This document shows positions 13,240 through 28,398 of a DNA stretch of 64,000 nucleotides, one piece after another. Both the position numbers and the translations under genes were made by a program. The DNA lies in assembly GCA_028023455.1 (NCBI GenBank), contig JAQFVV010000005.1, positions 11,222,001 to 11,286,000 on the forward strand, given 5' to 3'. How positions within the stretch are numbered: the first letter of the stretch is position 1; every line of letters begins with the position of its first letter. The notes under the pieces are model-generated. The model was not told where the DNA came from and did no database searches. It saw only the letters and a list, made by a program, of their open reading frames with translations. Origin of the DNA: Epiperipatus broadwayi (Eukaryota; Animalia; Onychophora).

Positions 13240-14736
13240 ATGTATCAATGCAATTTGTGTGATTATAAGTCCGTTCTTAAAGCCTATGTACAAAGACATG
13301 AAAGAATCCACACTGGAGATAAACCTTTCCACTGTAGTTTCTGTGATTACAAAGCGGCTGGGAAATGTCATTTACTAATACATGAAACCATTCATACAGG
13401 AGAAAAACCTTTTCAGTGCAATTTCTGTAATTATAAGGCTAGACAAAAAAGTAACTTAATATCACATGAAAGAATCCACACAAAAGAAAAACCTTTTCAT
13501 TGCAGTTCATGTGATTACAAAGCTACTCAAAAGTGGCATTTAATAATACATGAAAGTATTCACACAGGAGAAAAACCTTTCCAATGCAACTTTTGTGATT
13601 ACAAAACATCTAGAAAAGGAAATTTAAAACAACACAAAATAATTCATACAGGATTAAAACCTTATCATTGTCATTCATGTGATTTCAAGGCTGCTCAACA
13701 ATCTGGTTTAATAATGCATAAAAGAAATCATACAGGACAAAAGCCATACCATTGCAGTATGTGTAATTATAAGTGTGGTGCTAAAAGTAGTTTAATAAAA
13801 CATGAACGAATTCATACAGGACAAAAACCATACCATTGCAGCTTATGCAATTACAAATCTGCTGAAAAGGGCTCTCTGAAAAGACATGAAAGATCACATA
13901 CAGGAGAAAAACCTTTTCATTGTAGTTTATGTGACTTCTCTACTGCTAAAAAAAGTACTCTTATAATACACGAGAGTGGTCACTTAAGTGAAAAACTTTT
14001 TTATTGCAATTTATGTAGTTATAAAACATTTGCAATAGATGATTTAAAAAAACATCAAAAAATTCACAGAAAGCAAAAACGTTACAATTGTAATTTGTGT
14101 GATTACAAAGCTAATCAAAAATCACATTTAATGATTCACGAAAGAACTCATACTGGCGAAAAGCCTTACCACTGTACTATGTGTGATTACAAGGCTAATC
14201 AAAAATATCTTTTAATAATACATGAAAGAATTCACACTGGTGAAAAACCTTATCAGTGTAATTTGTGTGATTATAAAATTGCTGAGAAAAAAAAATTAAT
14301 AATGCATAAAAAAGTTCATATGAAAGAAGTGTCTCTGAGTCATAATTTATATGATTTTGAAGGACCTAACATAACAAACATACATGAAATAAATCATAGT
14401 GGGAAGCAACTTTACACATGCAGCTTGTGCCAGTACTATACTTATGTCAAAGAAAATTTAAAAAAACATAAAATAGTTCATACAGAACAAAAGCATATAT
14501 ATACTTACGACACATCATCTGAAAGTAGTTTGATAGAAAGTAAAGAACAGTCACTTTTTAATTCTGTTGTAAATCCCCCAAAAAACTATATGCCAGAAAA
14601 TTATTTCATTAATGTTGAAGTTTTTAAATGTCATCTGTGTGATTACAAACATATAAAGAAAAGTATATTAGAAAATCATGAAGCAAAACATTTCTCAGAT
14701 AAAAACACCCTTGAAATGCTAGTACAATTCTCATGA
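13240..14736 (+). CDS. Tandem C2H2 zinc-finger protein (15 fingers plus 1 degenerate)
   Basis: 498-aa ORF with repeated CxxCDYK...HxxxH fingers joined by TGEKP linkers: 13 contiguous fingers, one degenerate, one more, then a detached terminal finger FKCHLCDYKHIKKSILENHEAKH. An in-frame stop lies just upstream, so upstream exons are possible but not resolved. Confidence 0.95.
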   Translation: MYQCNLCDYKSVLKAYVQRHERIHTGDKPFHCSFCDYKAAGKCHLLIHETIHTGEKPFQCNFCNYKARQKSNLISHERIHTKEKPFHCSSCDYKATQKWHLIIHESIHTGEKPFQCNFCDYKTSRKGNLKQHKIIHTGLKPYHCHSCDFKAAQQSGLIMHKRNHTGQKPYHCSMCNYKCGAKSSLIKHERIHTGQKPYHCSLCNYKSAEKGSLKRHERSHTGEKPFHCSLCDFSTAKKSTLIIHESGHLSEKLFYCNLCSYKTFAIDDLKKHQKIHRKQKRYNCNLCDYKANQKSHLMIHERTHTGEKPYHCTMCDYKANQKYLLIIHERIHTGEKPYQCNLCDYKIAEKKKLIMHKKVHMKEVSLSHNLYDFEGPNITNIHEINHSGKQLYTCSLCQYYTYVKENLKKHKIVHTEQKHIYTYDTSSESSLIESKEQSLFNSVVNPPKNYMPENYFINVEVFKCHLCDYKHIKKSILENHEAKHFSDKNTLEMLVQFS

Positions 14737-16964
14737 TAAAATCTGAAAAATTATTTAATTATTAAACAACTGTAATTTTATAATAAAAAAATTTAGACTA
14801 AAATTTAGTAAAAGAATTTTAAATATGAAGTTATTTTAAAATGCGCTGAGGAAATACAAGACTAGCATCTTCAAACAATAACCATAATTTTCACTAGAAA
14901 TTTTTAGTAATATTTATGAGCAGGAAGGGAAAAAGAATGTTCTGAATAAGTGTATTTATTAATAATAAAAGGATTGTAACTGTTATTTGTTATAGACATG
15001 TGCTCTCTTGCCTAATATAAAGTGTTAAAAAATTTAATTTAAAAATAGAAAATATATTGAACTATTTAGAATAATGTTCAAAATATCTGAAATTGGATAT
15101 TGACAACATTCCATATTGAAGTTTCAATTTTGAAGAGACTCAAGTCTATTGATATAGTGATCATGGAAAAGAAAATATTTTTTGCCATTTCATTTTGAAA
15201 TTGATATTAAAACATAAAAGAAATTTAAGTTCTCCTGCTGTTTGTAGAGCTCTGCATTTATTTTAGATAAATGGCAGTCCCTCTAATGTAATCACTGATG
15301 CTCTAAAATTTCATAATTTCTAGGGATCAAAATAGATCAATTTCAACACCAGCAAACATATAAAACACATTATTTTAATATGCCATTATAATAATGCAGT
15401 AATAAATTATACATTTGACCCAATAGCATATACTACCTTTAAAGCTAAAAAAGCTATACACTTTAATACTTTGTATGACTTCACAATTACTGAATTGATA
15501 AATTTACAACTAGTACCATCTGCAAAATTTATTTTATTATTGATATTTTTAGAAAAACCAATATAGATACTTAGTGGAGTCAAATCTTGTGAGAAATATT
15601 TTCTTTGTCTCTTTAACAATCAACTGAAGATAGAATCGAGGGACAACATTTTCTAAATTAAAATGCATGTTCAAATGCAAATCTGTGTGTGAAAAATTTC
15701 TTTTAACAGCAAAGTATTTTCTGATGGATTTGAGAGCAGTTCCAGTAAGTGAATTTTCTCTATAAACTATTGAAGACCCGAAATCAATTTGTTTCAAGTT
15801 TAAATTGAAATAACTGTGAAGAAAACCATTTGATAATGTTCTTATGTGTATATCTTTATTTTTGGCTTTCTATCATAAGACTGATATCTGATCATATGTA
15901 TAAATTATATTCATTGTTAACATATTTAATACATTGATTATTTTATTGCATAATAAAGGTAGCAATGGTGCTTTGCACTGGCAATCTTGTTTGAGTGATC
16001 AGCTATTTTTAAAATACTGTAATTATAATTAAAGATCTAAATATCTTTACAAGCTAGAAGAAGATATGGAGCTATATTTATTTTGAAAAGCTGTTTCTTA
16101 ATACTGATCAAACTCAACACTCATCCAATTATACATGAAGTGATATGACTTTTGCTGCTAAATTTCTTGATAGAGTTTCAATATTAGGTGAGTATGATGT
16201 AATTTATATTTTAAACAGACTGACTCAAACTGCATTATTCAGATGGTCTCTTGATTCATTAAAAATATTTGTTCTTAGAATTATATCTAATCAAAAACTG
16301 AATGAAGTCTAAATTTAAAAAAAAAATCAAATTTATATGTGGCCATAATTTTTGTTAATATATAAATTGCCAATATCAGTTGTAACCAAAATAAAATAAT
16401 CAAAAAAATATTGAATATGGTATGGATACATTAGCTTTAAAACCTGAATGATGCATGTTTCTATTTGTATAGCCATACTCATGCTCAGCAGACTTTAAAA
16501 TCCAAAACTATTATATCGATGAGATATATGCATATTAAATCGAAGATTGAAGCATATCATATTTCAATCTTTTTTTTTTATAAATATATATTGAAATACT
16601 CTTCATTTGTATATACAATTATGGATATAAAATTAAAAGCTAGTATGTATTTAAGTTTATTTTTAATTCTTTTGTCTAGATTGAAAATAATGTAGTAACA
16701 GTTTTTTTATACAAATGTTAATATTTAAACAGTGACCAAAAAGTCAATATAAGTAATATGTAAATACTTTATTTTTTATTATACATATATATAATAAGTA
16801 ATCACAGTTGTGAATGTATGTGGAAAGTTTGAGATTATCATTTTGTAGTAACTAATATGTCCTCTAGATTTAACAATGGGTAGTATGAGGAATAAAACAA
16901 CCGTTTCTTTTATTATTTATATTGTCTAATGGGGAAAAGTTAGGGGGAATATTAGTTATTATAA

Positions 16965-17975
16965 TAGCAACTTTTCATGTATAAAAAGTTCAACAAAATT
17001 GTTTTCTTTTTAAAAAAAAAAACTTTTTATTTTCATGAACCCATATATTTTATTATATTAAACATGTTTCCAATGATTCAACTACTTCCTTGTAATCATT
17101 ATCAATGATCTACATATATATATATATTATTGTTATAAGTATATATTTTTTAACTCGTAAGGTAATAACATTTCTTTAGCATCTACATATATTTCTTTTC
17201 ATTATATAAATTTAATTTTACTATTATTATTAATTACCTCCCCCTATTCTTTATTTTTTTAAACCAATTTTTTATTACTTCCTGTACAAATGTATGAAAT
17301 GTTTACAAACCCAGCAATATCAACAATTTTTTATATATTACTATTTATGTAATACTCTAAATTAATTACAATTAAAACCATTATTTAACAATTTGTTCTA
17401 TTTAAAATGAGTTTTTTTTTTAATATATAAACTATTTTTTAACATTTCCCCCTCATTTTAACATTTTTTAACATGTTTATATCAAAATTAAAATTACATA
17501 TAAAAAGTTAAATTATATAAAGAAAGAATGTTAAAAGAAAGTTTATATATTTAACAAAGAAAACTCACTTTTAAATAGAAAAAATTGTTAAATAATGATT
17601 TTAATTATAAGTAATTTATAATATTATATAAATAGTAATATATAAGAAATTGTCGGCATTGCTGAGTTTGTAAATGCTTCATACCTTTATGTAAAAAGTA
17701 ATAAAAAATTGGTTTAAAAAAATAAAGAATAAGGGGAAGTAAATAATAATTATAGTAAAGTTTATATAATGAAAAGAAATATATGTAAATGTTAGAGAAA
17801 TGTTATTATATTATGAGCTAAAATATATATATAACAACATAAATATATATTTATAGAGCCTTGGTAATCACTGCAAGGAAGTAGATGAAACGGAAACATG
17901 TATGAAATATTGGAATATATATGGGTTCATGAAGGGAAAAAACAATTTTATTGAATTATTTATATATAAAAGATT
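16965..17975. mobile_element. About 1-kb foldback element with a degenerate hammerhead-like motif near the arm end
   Basis: Arms of about 480 bp (ttcatgaacccatatat, acatgtttcc, ttctttatttttttaaaccaattttttattac versus their reverse complements at 17560-17975); right arm has tca-ctgcaaggaagtagatgaaacg-GAAA-CATG-TA-tga at 17868-17905. Confidence 0.75.
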
Positions 17976-20900
17976 ATTTGGAACCATATTTTTAAACAGA
18001 AAACTGTTGATTGTTATTAATTTCTTATTAATAATAATAATGTTTTTTTTAAAAAAAATGTTATGTAATAATAATTACTATAAAATGATAATTTCAAATC
18101 TTTCATGTATATATTGTGCCCTTTTCTATAGGACAGAAATAGCTTATCATAGTAAATTACTAAAAATGTTAAATTAGAATATGTTCTCTTGATGTGTTGA
18201 TTATATTGCATTAATAATATCTTAAGGTACAATTTAAAGCTAAGTGAAAATACATAGCGCATATTATTATAATGAATCACTTAAGAATAGTTAAAATAAA
18301 GTTAAAAGTATTATTTCATATGGTTGCAAAAGCTGGCCATAATAAATAACACGGCTATAAATATTTAATAAGTATGTTTAAAAGTTTGTTTTTAATAGTC
18401 TTAAACTGATAATTAATTTAAATGTTATATTTAAATTTATAAATCATATTTAATAATTATAATTAATATCGTATATTTTAAAAATAAGTTTTGTGGTAGT
18501 GAAAGTTATATTTAATTCTATATTTCCAAATTTTCTAATTATATTATTTTATTTAATACAACAAGTGTAGCAATTTATTTATTCCCAGACAGAGAAAAAT
18601 TGGATAGTCTGTCTTGATTATTAGTCATGTGATTTGTGTAATATAGAGTTGCATACACTTGCTTGCTAGAATTTAGATTAGTCAAGTTCAAAGTATTTTA
18701 GAATTGCATTATAGAATTGAATGTAATGATTGCCTAGCATAAAGCAAATATTAAATATTAAGTTAACTATCGTATAAAATGTTTTAAATAATGTAATATA
18801 GATGAATACAGTTAATAAAAAAATTAAATATTTTGTTAAAATAAAAAATAGATAAATTAAATATTAAAAGTGGGATAATTCATTAGATATTGTTTTTAAA
18901 AGTTATTTTTAAAATATTTAATCAATTTAGTAAAGTAATAATTGATTTAAGATTAATATTGTTAAATAATATTTGAGGTTTTAATACATCATAATTTTTA
19001 TTTTGAAATTTAATTGTGTAAAAACTGAAACATATGCAAATTTGGTATCGAACTAAAAGTAAGAATCAACCAATAGGAAAAGGTATTCTTACAAGGTATA
19101 AATACTGTTGCAGTTGATTTATTAATGGTGATTAGTGTGTGATTAATAATGTATAAAGGTAGCTGAATCGTATCAGAAGCTATCAAGGTGATAATAAATT
19201 TTAATTTTATTATTTAGTCAATTTTTTTAGTGCTCATATAATTTTATTTGCAAAAGCTAATAGATTATTATTATTTTAAAAAATATTTGCAAAAAAAGAG
19301 AGCGTCGTAAATAAAAAATATTAATAATAACTTCATTTAATATGCCTTGTTAAATTTTTAAAGTCCTTGTGTCAGTAGTATTCATCAAAGTCTAATATAG
19401 CTTCGCAATGAAAATGGATATGCCAATAAGGAAAACATATTCAATTTATAATATTTTAAAAATGTATATATTTGTTGATACAGTTTCATTAGTGCTGAAC
19501 AAGAGGACTGTTCTAATGAATAAAATAGCAGTATGGGTATTATACAAGAAACTTAAATGGAAAAAACTGTTTGCCGTCTAAAAGTAAAGACGCATTATTT
19601 TTATATAGTAAGATAAGTTTGTCTAAGATTTAGAAGCAATAAGACGAGTATACTTATGATAAAATCATAGAAATATCAAGTTATAAAAGTAAATGTTATA
19701 TCCTTTGTGAAGGAAACATTTAAAAAAAAAATATTTTACAAGAAATTATTTAGGAAAAGACTCACGGAGAATGTTTATTAAAGCGTATATATTATTTAAA
19801 AAAACTTAAAGTCTAAAAGGGTTAATACGCACTTATAAAAGTTTGTTTTGGAAAACCTGAAAATTAAGATAATAATGAAATGCTGGAAATAAGTACTAAA
19901 CGGAAATAAATTCACTAAGCAAGAAACCTATAAAGAAAGTAAATATATGATTAAATAAAAGGATGGAACCATGGAAATATATTTATATTGCGCAAAAGTT
20001 TATCGGATAGATTAAGTTAAGCCAAAAGAAATAGGATGCATCATTATGCTTATATGAGAAATTTAAGAAGCTTCATGGGATTATTTTTAGTATTATGATT
20101 TCAATAATCATCATTCTGGACTATAGAAGTTATAAACTATTATTTTATTAACTATTCCAGAATAGATTGATGATTATTTTGTTTAATTTTCAAGATTTAA
20201 AAAGACGTATATTTTTTTTTTAATTGCTCACTGCCGCCCGCCCGACAATTGTTCATTGTCAAGCAAGAGAAACATAGCAACAGGGGAGATTGTAAAATTC
20301 TCTTGAAGTAAACATTTTTTTTAAAAAAAAAACTCTCGAGAAAATAAACATTTTTTTTTAACTTTATCAAGAACCTTGTCAATTGAAGATATACGTAATT
20401 ATAGTCTTGATTTTTTTTTTTTTATTAATTTAGTTTAAATGTAAATTTTTGATTAAGAAGAATAGGAACATGAATATTGATTATTTATGGTATTAGAATC
20501 CTATAGTATAATATTTAATAGTTTAAATTAGAACATTTTAAATAGAAGCATGGATGTATATTTTTTATGTATGCGATGTTATATTTAGTTGGAGAAAAGA
20601 AGACTGCAAAAGTGATAATGATGAGCTAATGTCACTTGGTAACAACTAATGAATTATCGATATGTATTATGATGTATTTTCTTGTTTTTCTTTTTTACAG
20701 ATTGCCTATGTAATAATGTATGATGTATGAATGTTAAATATATGCATTATACAACACTTTTTTTTTAAATATTGTGAGATCAGAATTTATTTGGAATATG
20801 CATACTATGATTTTATACTGGCAATATAACTCAACATGATAATAAATATTTATGTGATTCTTTGTAAAAAACTTTCATATTATTGGATGTTCAAGTATTA

Positions 20901-23187
20901 TCTGATTAGTTTGTATGTGGATAAGAATATAGAATAATGAAGTAAGCAGACTTTTCTTATGGATTAATAAGATTGCTCTAAATATAGTTGAATTTTATTT
21001 ATTATTTGAATATGCAAGCTAGTAATTTGTCGATGTAAGACCTGATAAATCTTTAGGAAATAAGAATAGGATAGTCACGTGGTATTAATAATATGGTAAG
21101 CATGAATCCAGGAGATTATTCAGTTAGGATATTTGGGAATATGAACAGTATTTTATAATATTTGTGGATGTACAATGCAGTTAACAAAGCCTGTAATTGT
21201 ATGTTTATTTTGGACAGTGTTTATTTTCTTGGAGTATTGATGTTCAATAAAGCTAAAGGAATATCTTAACATCATTTATAGTATTTGAGGATATTAGACA
21301 GGAAAAGGTCTTGCCTCTAGTTTTATAATTACACTGTGCCATGGTATATGTTTATTCGATATGAGTTATGTGTTATACTCTAGTTTTTCTTCCCATCCTA
21401 TAAATCTATTTGCTATCTAGATTTCCAAAAAGTAGCTACATCGTACAGTATGGTATACTTAAAAGAAAATAATAGATGATTTAGAGTTAAAGATATGCAA
21501 TTGTTTGGAATGAGAGGAGTTCATTTACTTGTATGAAGAAATAGAATTTGTATGAATTTGAATTGAAAATCCAATGGCCTTCAAATGAAAGAATCATAAC
21601 ATATGTTATAGATTTATTTTATTTTGGAAATAAATATAAGATCTTAAGAATAAAATATGTAAAGCAAAGTTGCTTTTGAAATATTAAATAATATTAAAAT
21701 ATTTATTTCAATTTTTAAAAATGAGTACTGCATATTTTTAATATAATGCTATAAAGTAAAAAACGATCTACACAATAAGTTTAGGTACAATTTATATTTA
21801 TTCAATAATAGAGAATGTATTAGTAGTTATAATTATATAGTACTATAATATTGTTATAATGGAATGTATTATAGTTAATAAATACAGTGTAGTGAATAAT
21901 AGTATCCATGATTTAGAAATAAATTATCAATAGATATTTTACATGATATCGTTAATATTGCTAAAGTGAAATTGTCTAGTAAAAAAAAGAGATATCCTTG
22001 TTCTCGATTAGTATTATTTTATGTTTATCCATACTATGTTTCTATAGATGTTTAATAAAAAAAAAAAGAAGCATACTTGAATAATAACTAAAGGATGTAA
22101 AATATATTTTGAGTAAGCATTAAATAAATGTAATTTTTTATATAAGATTGATCAAACAGGGATTAATAATATTGTATTATTTTATCTTTTTTTTTTATTT
22201 AAGTCAGAGTAAAGACTTAATGAGGTTCGAATATAAAGAATGTATAATGGTACCAATCTTTAAGATGTTTTAAATGTACATATTGTAAATAAATTGTTAT
22301 GTTGTTAAAATTTTAATAAACTGTGTTAAAATTTGTTTTCTCAAAATTTGTGTGTTTGGTTTATTATTTTTTTTATCTTCATGAATTTGAACACAGGGTC
22401 AATAAAATTAAACACAATATTTTTTGCACAGAAATAAATAAAGAATTATTTTAAGAATTAGAATATTTATTAAGTAATCATAATTTTACATTATCTTATG
22501 GTCATAAATTAGATATCATAATAATAAATTGAATTATATGCTATCCATTGCCACACACTTTGTTTGTCAGATTATCAAATGCTACCATGTATTTATTATA
22601 TTATTACATGAAGATAAAATATTATATTATTATTTTATTATGGTAATAAAAATATAGTGAAAAGAAAAGATATACAGAATTAGTTCATACCATGAAGAAT
22701 ATTATTATTATTTATTATTATTAGTTTAAGTGTAGTAAATTATGGCATAAAAATCCCTTCTCATATTTTACTGCAGTAATTTTTATTAACTTAGAATACA
22801 TTTATGAACCTGAGATTTTATTGAGCTGAATTATTATAAATAGAAGATTAAGATTTAATTATTAGCTTAATCTTAGTGAGTAGGACTTATTAAAGTCGTA
22901 AGAATGCTATAAGCTTATTTGAAATAGTAATAAAGGGGGATAGTGTTCTTATGCCATTGAGATAGTATCCTGTAGGATATTGGCTCAATGTAATTTATCT
23001 TATCACCTGTATTTTCATTTCCAAGTCTCATGAAAATATTAAATATTTATTTAATTTATTTTTTATAAACTGAACCTTATTCGTATTTTAAATTTGAGCT
23101 AGCGAAATATTTAATTTTAATGCTGAATATCTTATTTATTAATTATTAACTGAGCTAGAACCTGTTTTATTTTATATAATATACTGC

Positions 23188-23196
23188 CCGGAAGTG
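23188..23196 (+). promoter_or_regulatory. ETS-type motif CCGGAAGTG in a small CpG-retaining patch (possible TSS)
   Basis: Exact CCGGAAGTG with nearby CpGs (ttcgta, tagcgaaa, aacgtt). No coding exon could be linked to it. Confidence 0.2.
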
Positions 23197-26100
23197 AGGA
23201 TGCAAACGTTCCAGGTTAGAATATATAGTAGTGAAGAGTTTCACTGTTAAAAAATGAATTTAAAACTGGTGTTTTCAATAATTCTTCATAGTTGATGCTG
23301 AGTAATAGCTGCTCTCTTTCTATATATATATGTTGAATTAATCAAATTAAAGGAAGTAAAACTCTCATCAAGCGTTTAACTAGTATAATAAGTAGTTTTC
23401 AATTTTTCTATTCCTTTGAGAATGGATGCTATCCAAGACTGAGCCACTTAATAGTGTTTTATCTTCATTTTAAAAGTATATCATTGTTACTTATTAATAA
23501 ATTCCTTTTTGTTCTAAATTTTTGTGTCTTATGATCAAAGAAAACTTTTACAAATTGTTAATCTGAATCATGTATGGATAATATTTTTTTCATGCAGTGG
23601 ACTACATAAGACATTGGTCATTATAATCCAGGTAGCATGAAATATGCATGACAAAAAAGAAAAAAAATCATAAATGTCATACTTAAATAAATTTGAATAG
23701 ATGTCAGCTCCATCATGTGTAATATATTTTTACAAGGACTGTATTGTTCTGCAATCCCTTTTCACCTGTCTTAAAATACATATATATTGTAGAGTGATAT
23801 GCAATTTTTTTCATGTAGTATAGCAGCTATTGTAACAATGGGGTCTTTATAATGATTGGAACTGATATCTCTTCAAATTTATTTACATCTAATTGGTCTT
23901 TAACCAATTTATTAAATATCATATTTAGTACAAAGTATACAAAAACATTTCTTTTCTTAAAAAAATCATATTTTCTGCAATAAGAAATGGGGGGGGGGGG
24001 ATGCTGTATTCACCAATTTTTAGTAAAAGATTCTGTTGAGCCTTTTTTAGCCGATCATAAAGACATCAACATGTATTAACTAATGTGATGAAGGAGGAAG
24101 GAAATGCATCATCAATATAATTAAACATTGACATGAGTATACAATTCATGAACTGATTAATTCCCCTTTTGCAATTTTAAATTAAGATAGTTTAAATGGA
24201 ATCACTAATTCATTTATTCTTCAACAAAGAAACAAATTTAGTTTTTATTTCTGAGTTTATTTCTTTGAATATATAAAAATGTTTATTTAACAATGAATTG
24301 TGTAATAGAATATCGATCTCTACATTCAACTTCAAAGTCTAAAAATTCATTAAAATGGTGCTGGTTGGGCACAGTGAACTAACCACACATATAATGCTTT
24401 TATATTTGTCATTTGAAATTACATTTTATTGACTTGATGTGTAAATATTCGTGAAAAATAAAAATAATGAAATATTGCAAAGCTATTATTGAAAACGAAT
24501 TTACTAAGAAGTAAAAAAAAAAACTTAACTGGCCTGTTAATAGTACTTCTGGCTTCTCAGAATTTTCACAACAAATTGTTTATAGTTGATGAAAACAAAA
24601 CAAATATTTTAAAATTTAAATCATTAATTTCATTGATTAATAATTCAAGAAAATATTCATTTACGAAACACCTAGCAAGAATGATTGAGCAAAAACAAAA
24701 CATAGAAAATATTAATAATACTTAATATACTAGTGTAATTATGAAGTAAATATATAATGTATATAAAGGTCACATATAGGGCCTAGGGGTGACAAATTGC
24801 CCTTAACTGATTTAGAAACTTTATCTGTTAAGTAATAAAAAACTTTGATGATTTTTAATCACCAAGTCTTTGAAAATCATAGACATTTTTTTTTCATTTG
24901 TATTTTTTTGCTAATAATTTGTTTTTAATTTTAAACATTTTCATTTTGCAGCAGTTTATTATTTGATATATCTTCATTTTATTTTCAATAAAAAATATGA
25001 ATTATTTTATACATATTTTTTTGCTGTAAAATTTAATTTATAAAGAATGTCAATTATTTTAGATGAATCAAATTAGTTTTCCTGAAAGATTCTATCAGAT
25101 TTTTATAAAATGGAATGATTTATTTAATTGATATTTTGTCTTCTCTTGCTAATTTATGATAATTGGTTAATGTATGTTAAATTCTTTGCCCAAAGATGAA
25201 ATAAATCTAAATGATAATTGATTATCTCTTGCAGTTCACTATTCCTTCTTAACACTATTCAAGCTTCTTAATTTTAGAACTGCATACTATATTTTTATAC
25301 ACCTTATAAACTATTGTTGAAAAAACGTTACTTGTGCATTAATTCGTAATTAGCATTATTTGCTATGCAATACAATGTCTCCCATTGAAAAGATGACTGA
25401 TTGTTTCTCTAAGCTACTGAAGCACATCTTTAAATCATAGTATTATGTAATGGCATAATTTAGCTATTCACACAAATTTTAAAGCACTAGCATTTATTTA
25501 TTACAATTGTGACATAAATAATAGAACAATATGCCAACACTAAATTTTATTTTAAATTGGGCAAAACTGCTGCTACTGTAACATTTGAAATGGTTCAAAC
25601 TGTATACAGCAGGAAAAACATGAGTTTCAAGAATGTTTACAAATGGTTTTCTAATAGGGAAAGCATTGAAGGCCATTTATAAAGGTACAAAACTTATATT
25701 TTATATCATAACTCGTAGTTCAGATAAGATAGTGTCTTAAAAGTTTTTGAGTGAATGCTGCAGATAACTTAGGAATGAAAACCTGTCTCCACACTGTAGA
25801 TGTAATCTAAGTTAAATGATAAGAATAACTACATATAATCTCATGGAAATGATGCAGTTTACTGTTCCATGAAATACTGTCAGCTTTAGATAGGATACAA
25901 AAAGAAGTAGAAATAATGTATTTTAAGAAAATATATAGATGAGAATGTTATACAATATGAAATGGGATGGTTACTAGTTCATGATAAATACCAAAGATGA
26001 ATTTAAAATTGTAAGCCTAGACTACTTAAATTTTTTAGTCTCAGTAATATGGGCGTTTTTTACTTATAAAAGTAAAAATAAATAAAATTGAGTACATGAG

Positions 26101-27646
26101 CTGTGAGTCAGTATTTTCTTTTGTTGAAAAGAAAATATAAAAGGGAGAAGAGAGCTGTTGAGGAAGATCTGGGTTTATTTTTGGTTTGTTTTGCTTCTTG
26201 GTTCAAGTTCATTTTTTGTTTTGGAAGAAAGAATCTAGGTTAAGGCAGAGTAAAAACTCATAAAGAAATGTCAAAAATTTACTAGAGAGCCAAAATGTAT
26301 TTATTGAGATTTGATTTTTTAATAGAAAAGAGAAACTTAGAGAAAGTAGGACAATTTTAACAGAACAGAATAAAAGAGGAAGAGGTTGGTGATAGTTATT
26401 TTGTTAACCAATAAAAATAAATAATATGGAGGAAATGTTTAACATTAAGAATATAATGATAAATCCAATGGGGGTAGAGAAACTTTATGTTGGATTCTCT
26501 ATATCCCTAATCTTATTATTGTGTTTCTGCATTTACCATCTGCTAAATGTCAGGGATTTGTCTAAACGATGCCTAAAGAAGCATACAACAAAGTTGTCAT
26601 TTATCATAGACATGAACTGCCAAGTTTTGTGAAAGGTGTAATAGTATATCCAACAGCTCTGAACATTATATTATTTTAGAAAAAAAGGGAAAGAAAATTA
26701 TTTATTTGGGTAAGCTTACCAATTGTATTCATTGTAATCTTAGAAATGAGATTAAAACTTATATTATCTTTTCATTATTTTATTTTTTTTTGCTTGAATT
26801 AATTGATTTTTTTTATGTTATATCTTTGGTGAAGTGATTTTATTTTACTTATTTATTTTTGTTTTATTTTTTTTGTTTGTTGGAAAATGAATTGTGATTA
26901 GTCTTTGTAAATAAACTATTTGATTTATTAAAATCTCTATTTTTGGCATTCAATCATCTCCTTATCCTATTCATTGTTAGTATAATTTGAATATTGCTAA
27001 ATTTAATGTTATATGTTCTTACCCTGGAGTGTTAGTAAATGCCACATCCTGAGAAGTACAGTGTAATCCTGATCTAGCATAGGGGATTACAATATTATAA
27101 GTAATGTGCACTTTCGTTGCATATATTATTCATAGCATAATTTCTCCACAAATTGGGACTTAATGCTGATAGCATTCAGTTTTTATAAATATAAAGAAAA
27201 TAAAATAGGATTGCCATTTTAGTACAATGATTGTTACATTGAAGGTAACCAAGAAAATATAAGTAATCATTATTAGTTTTGCCTCCTTTTGTATAAACTA
27301 GTACTTTTTATTATAATCCATAATGAACTTGAAATAATTCTGTATGGAGTGTATAGATAGTAATTATCATATTCCTTATGTGAGATTCATGTTCAGCATA
27401 GAGATGACCAGTACAATATATTCTTTGAAGTCTCTTTATAATGATTTTTGCAATATTGAAAAATTACTGATACTTGTTGCTCTCTGTATAGAATTGTTAA
27501 TACTTCTAATCCATTTCACATTGTGCTGAATTTCATTATTTGAAACTCAAAAAAGAGAGATTAACTGTAATGGAAAAACATATATAAACTAATAGTAATG
27601 TGTATAAATTTTAAACTAACAGAGCTACTTGTTAGTTAGCTATTGA

Positions 27647-28398
<752 letters not shown>

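Noticed and set aside
24085-24115. GTGATGA...GAAA-TGCA-TC hammerhead-like string
   Set aside because: G3-G8 mismatch, no helix II (AGGAGGAAG) and no helix I; likely chance.
26426-26632. 68-aa ORF and other short track ORFs (for example 15407, 17902, 24489, 39137, 62467)
   Set aside because: No recognisable domains, composition reflects AT-rich or repeat DNA, and no splice context supports them as exons.
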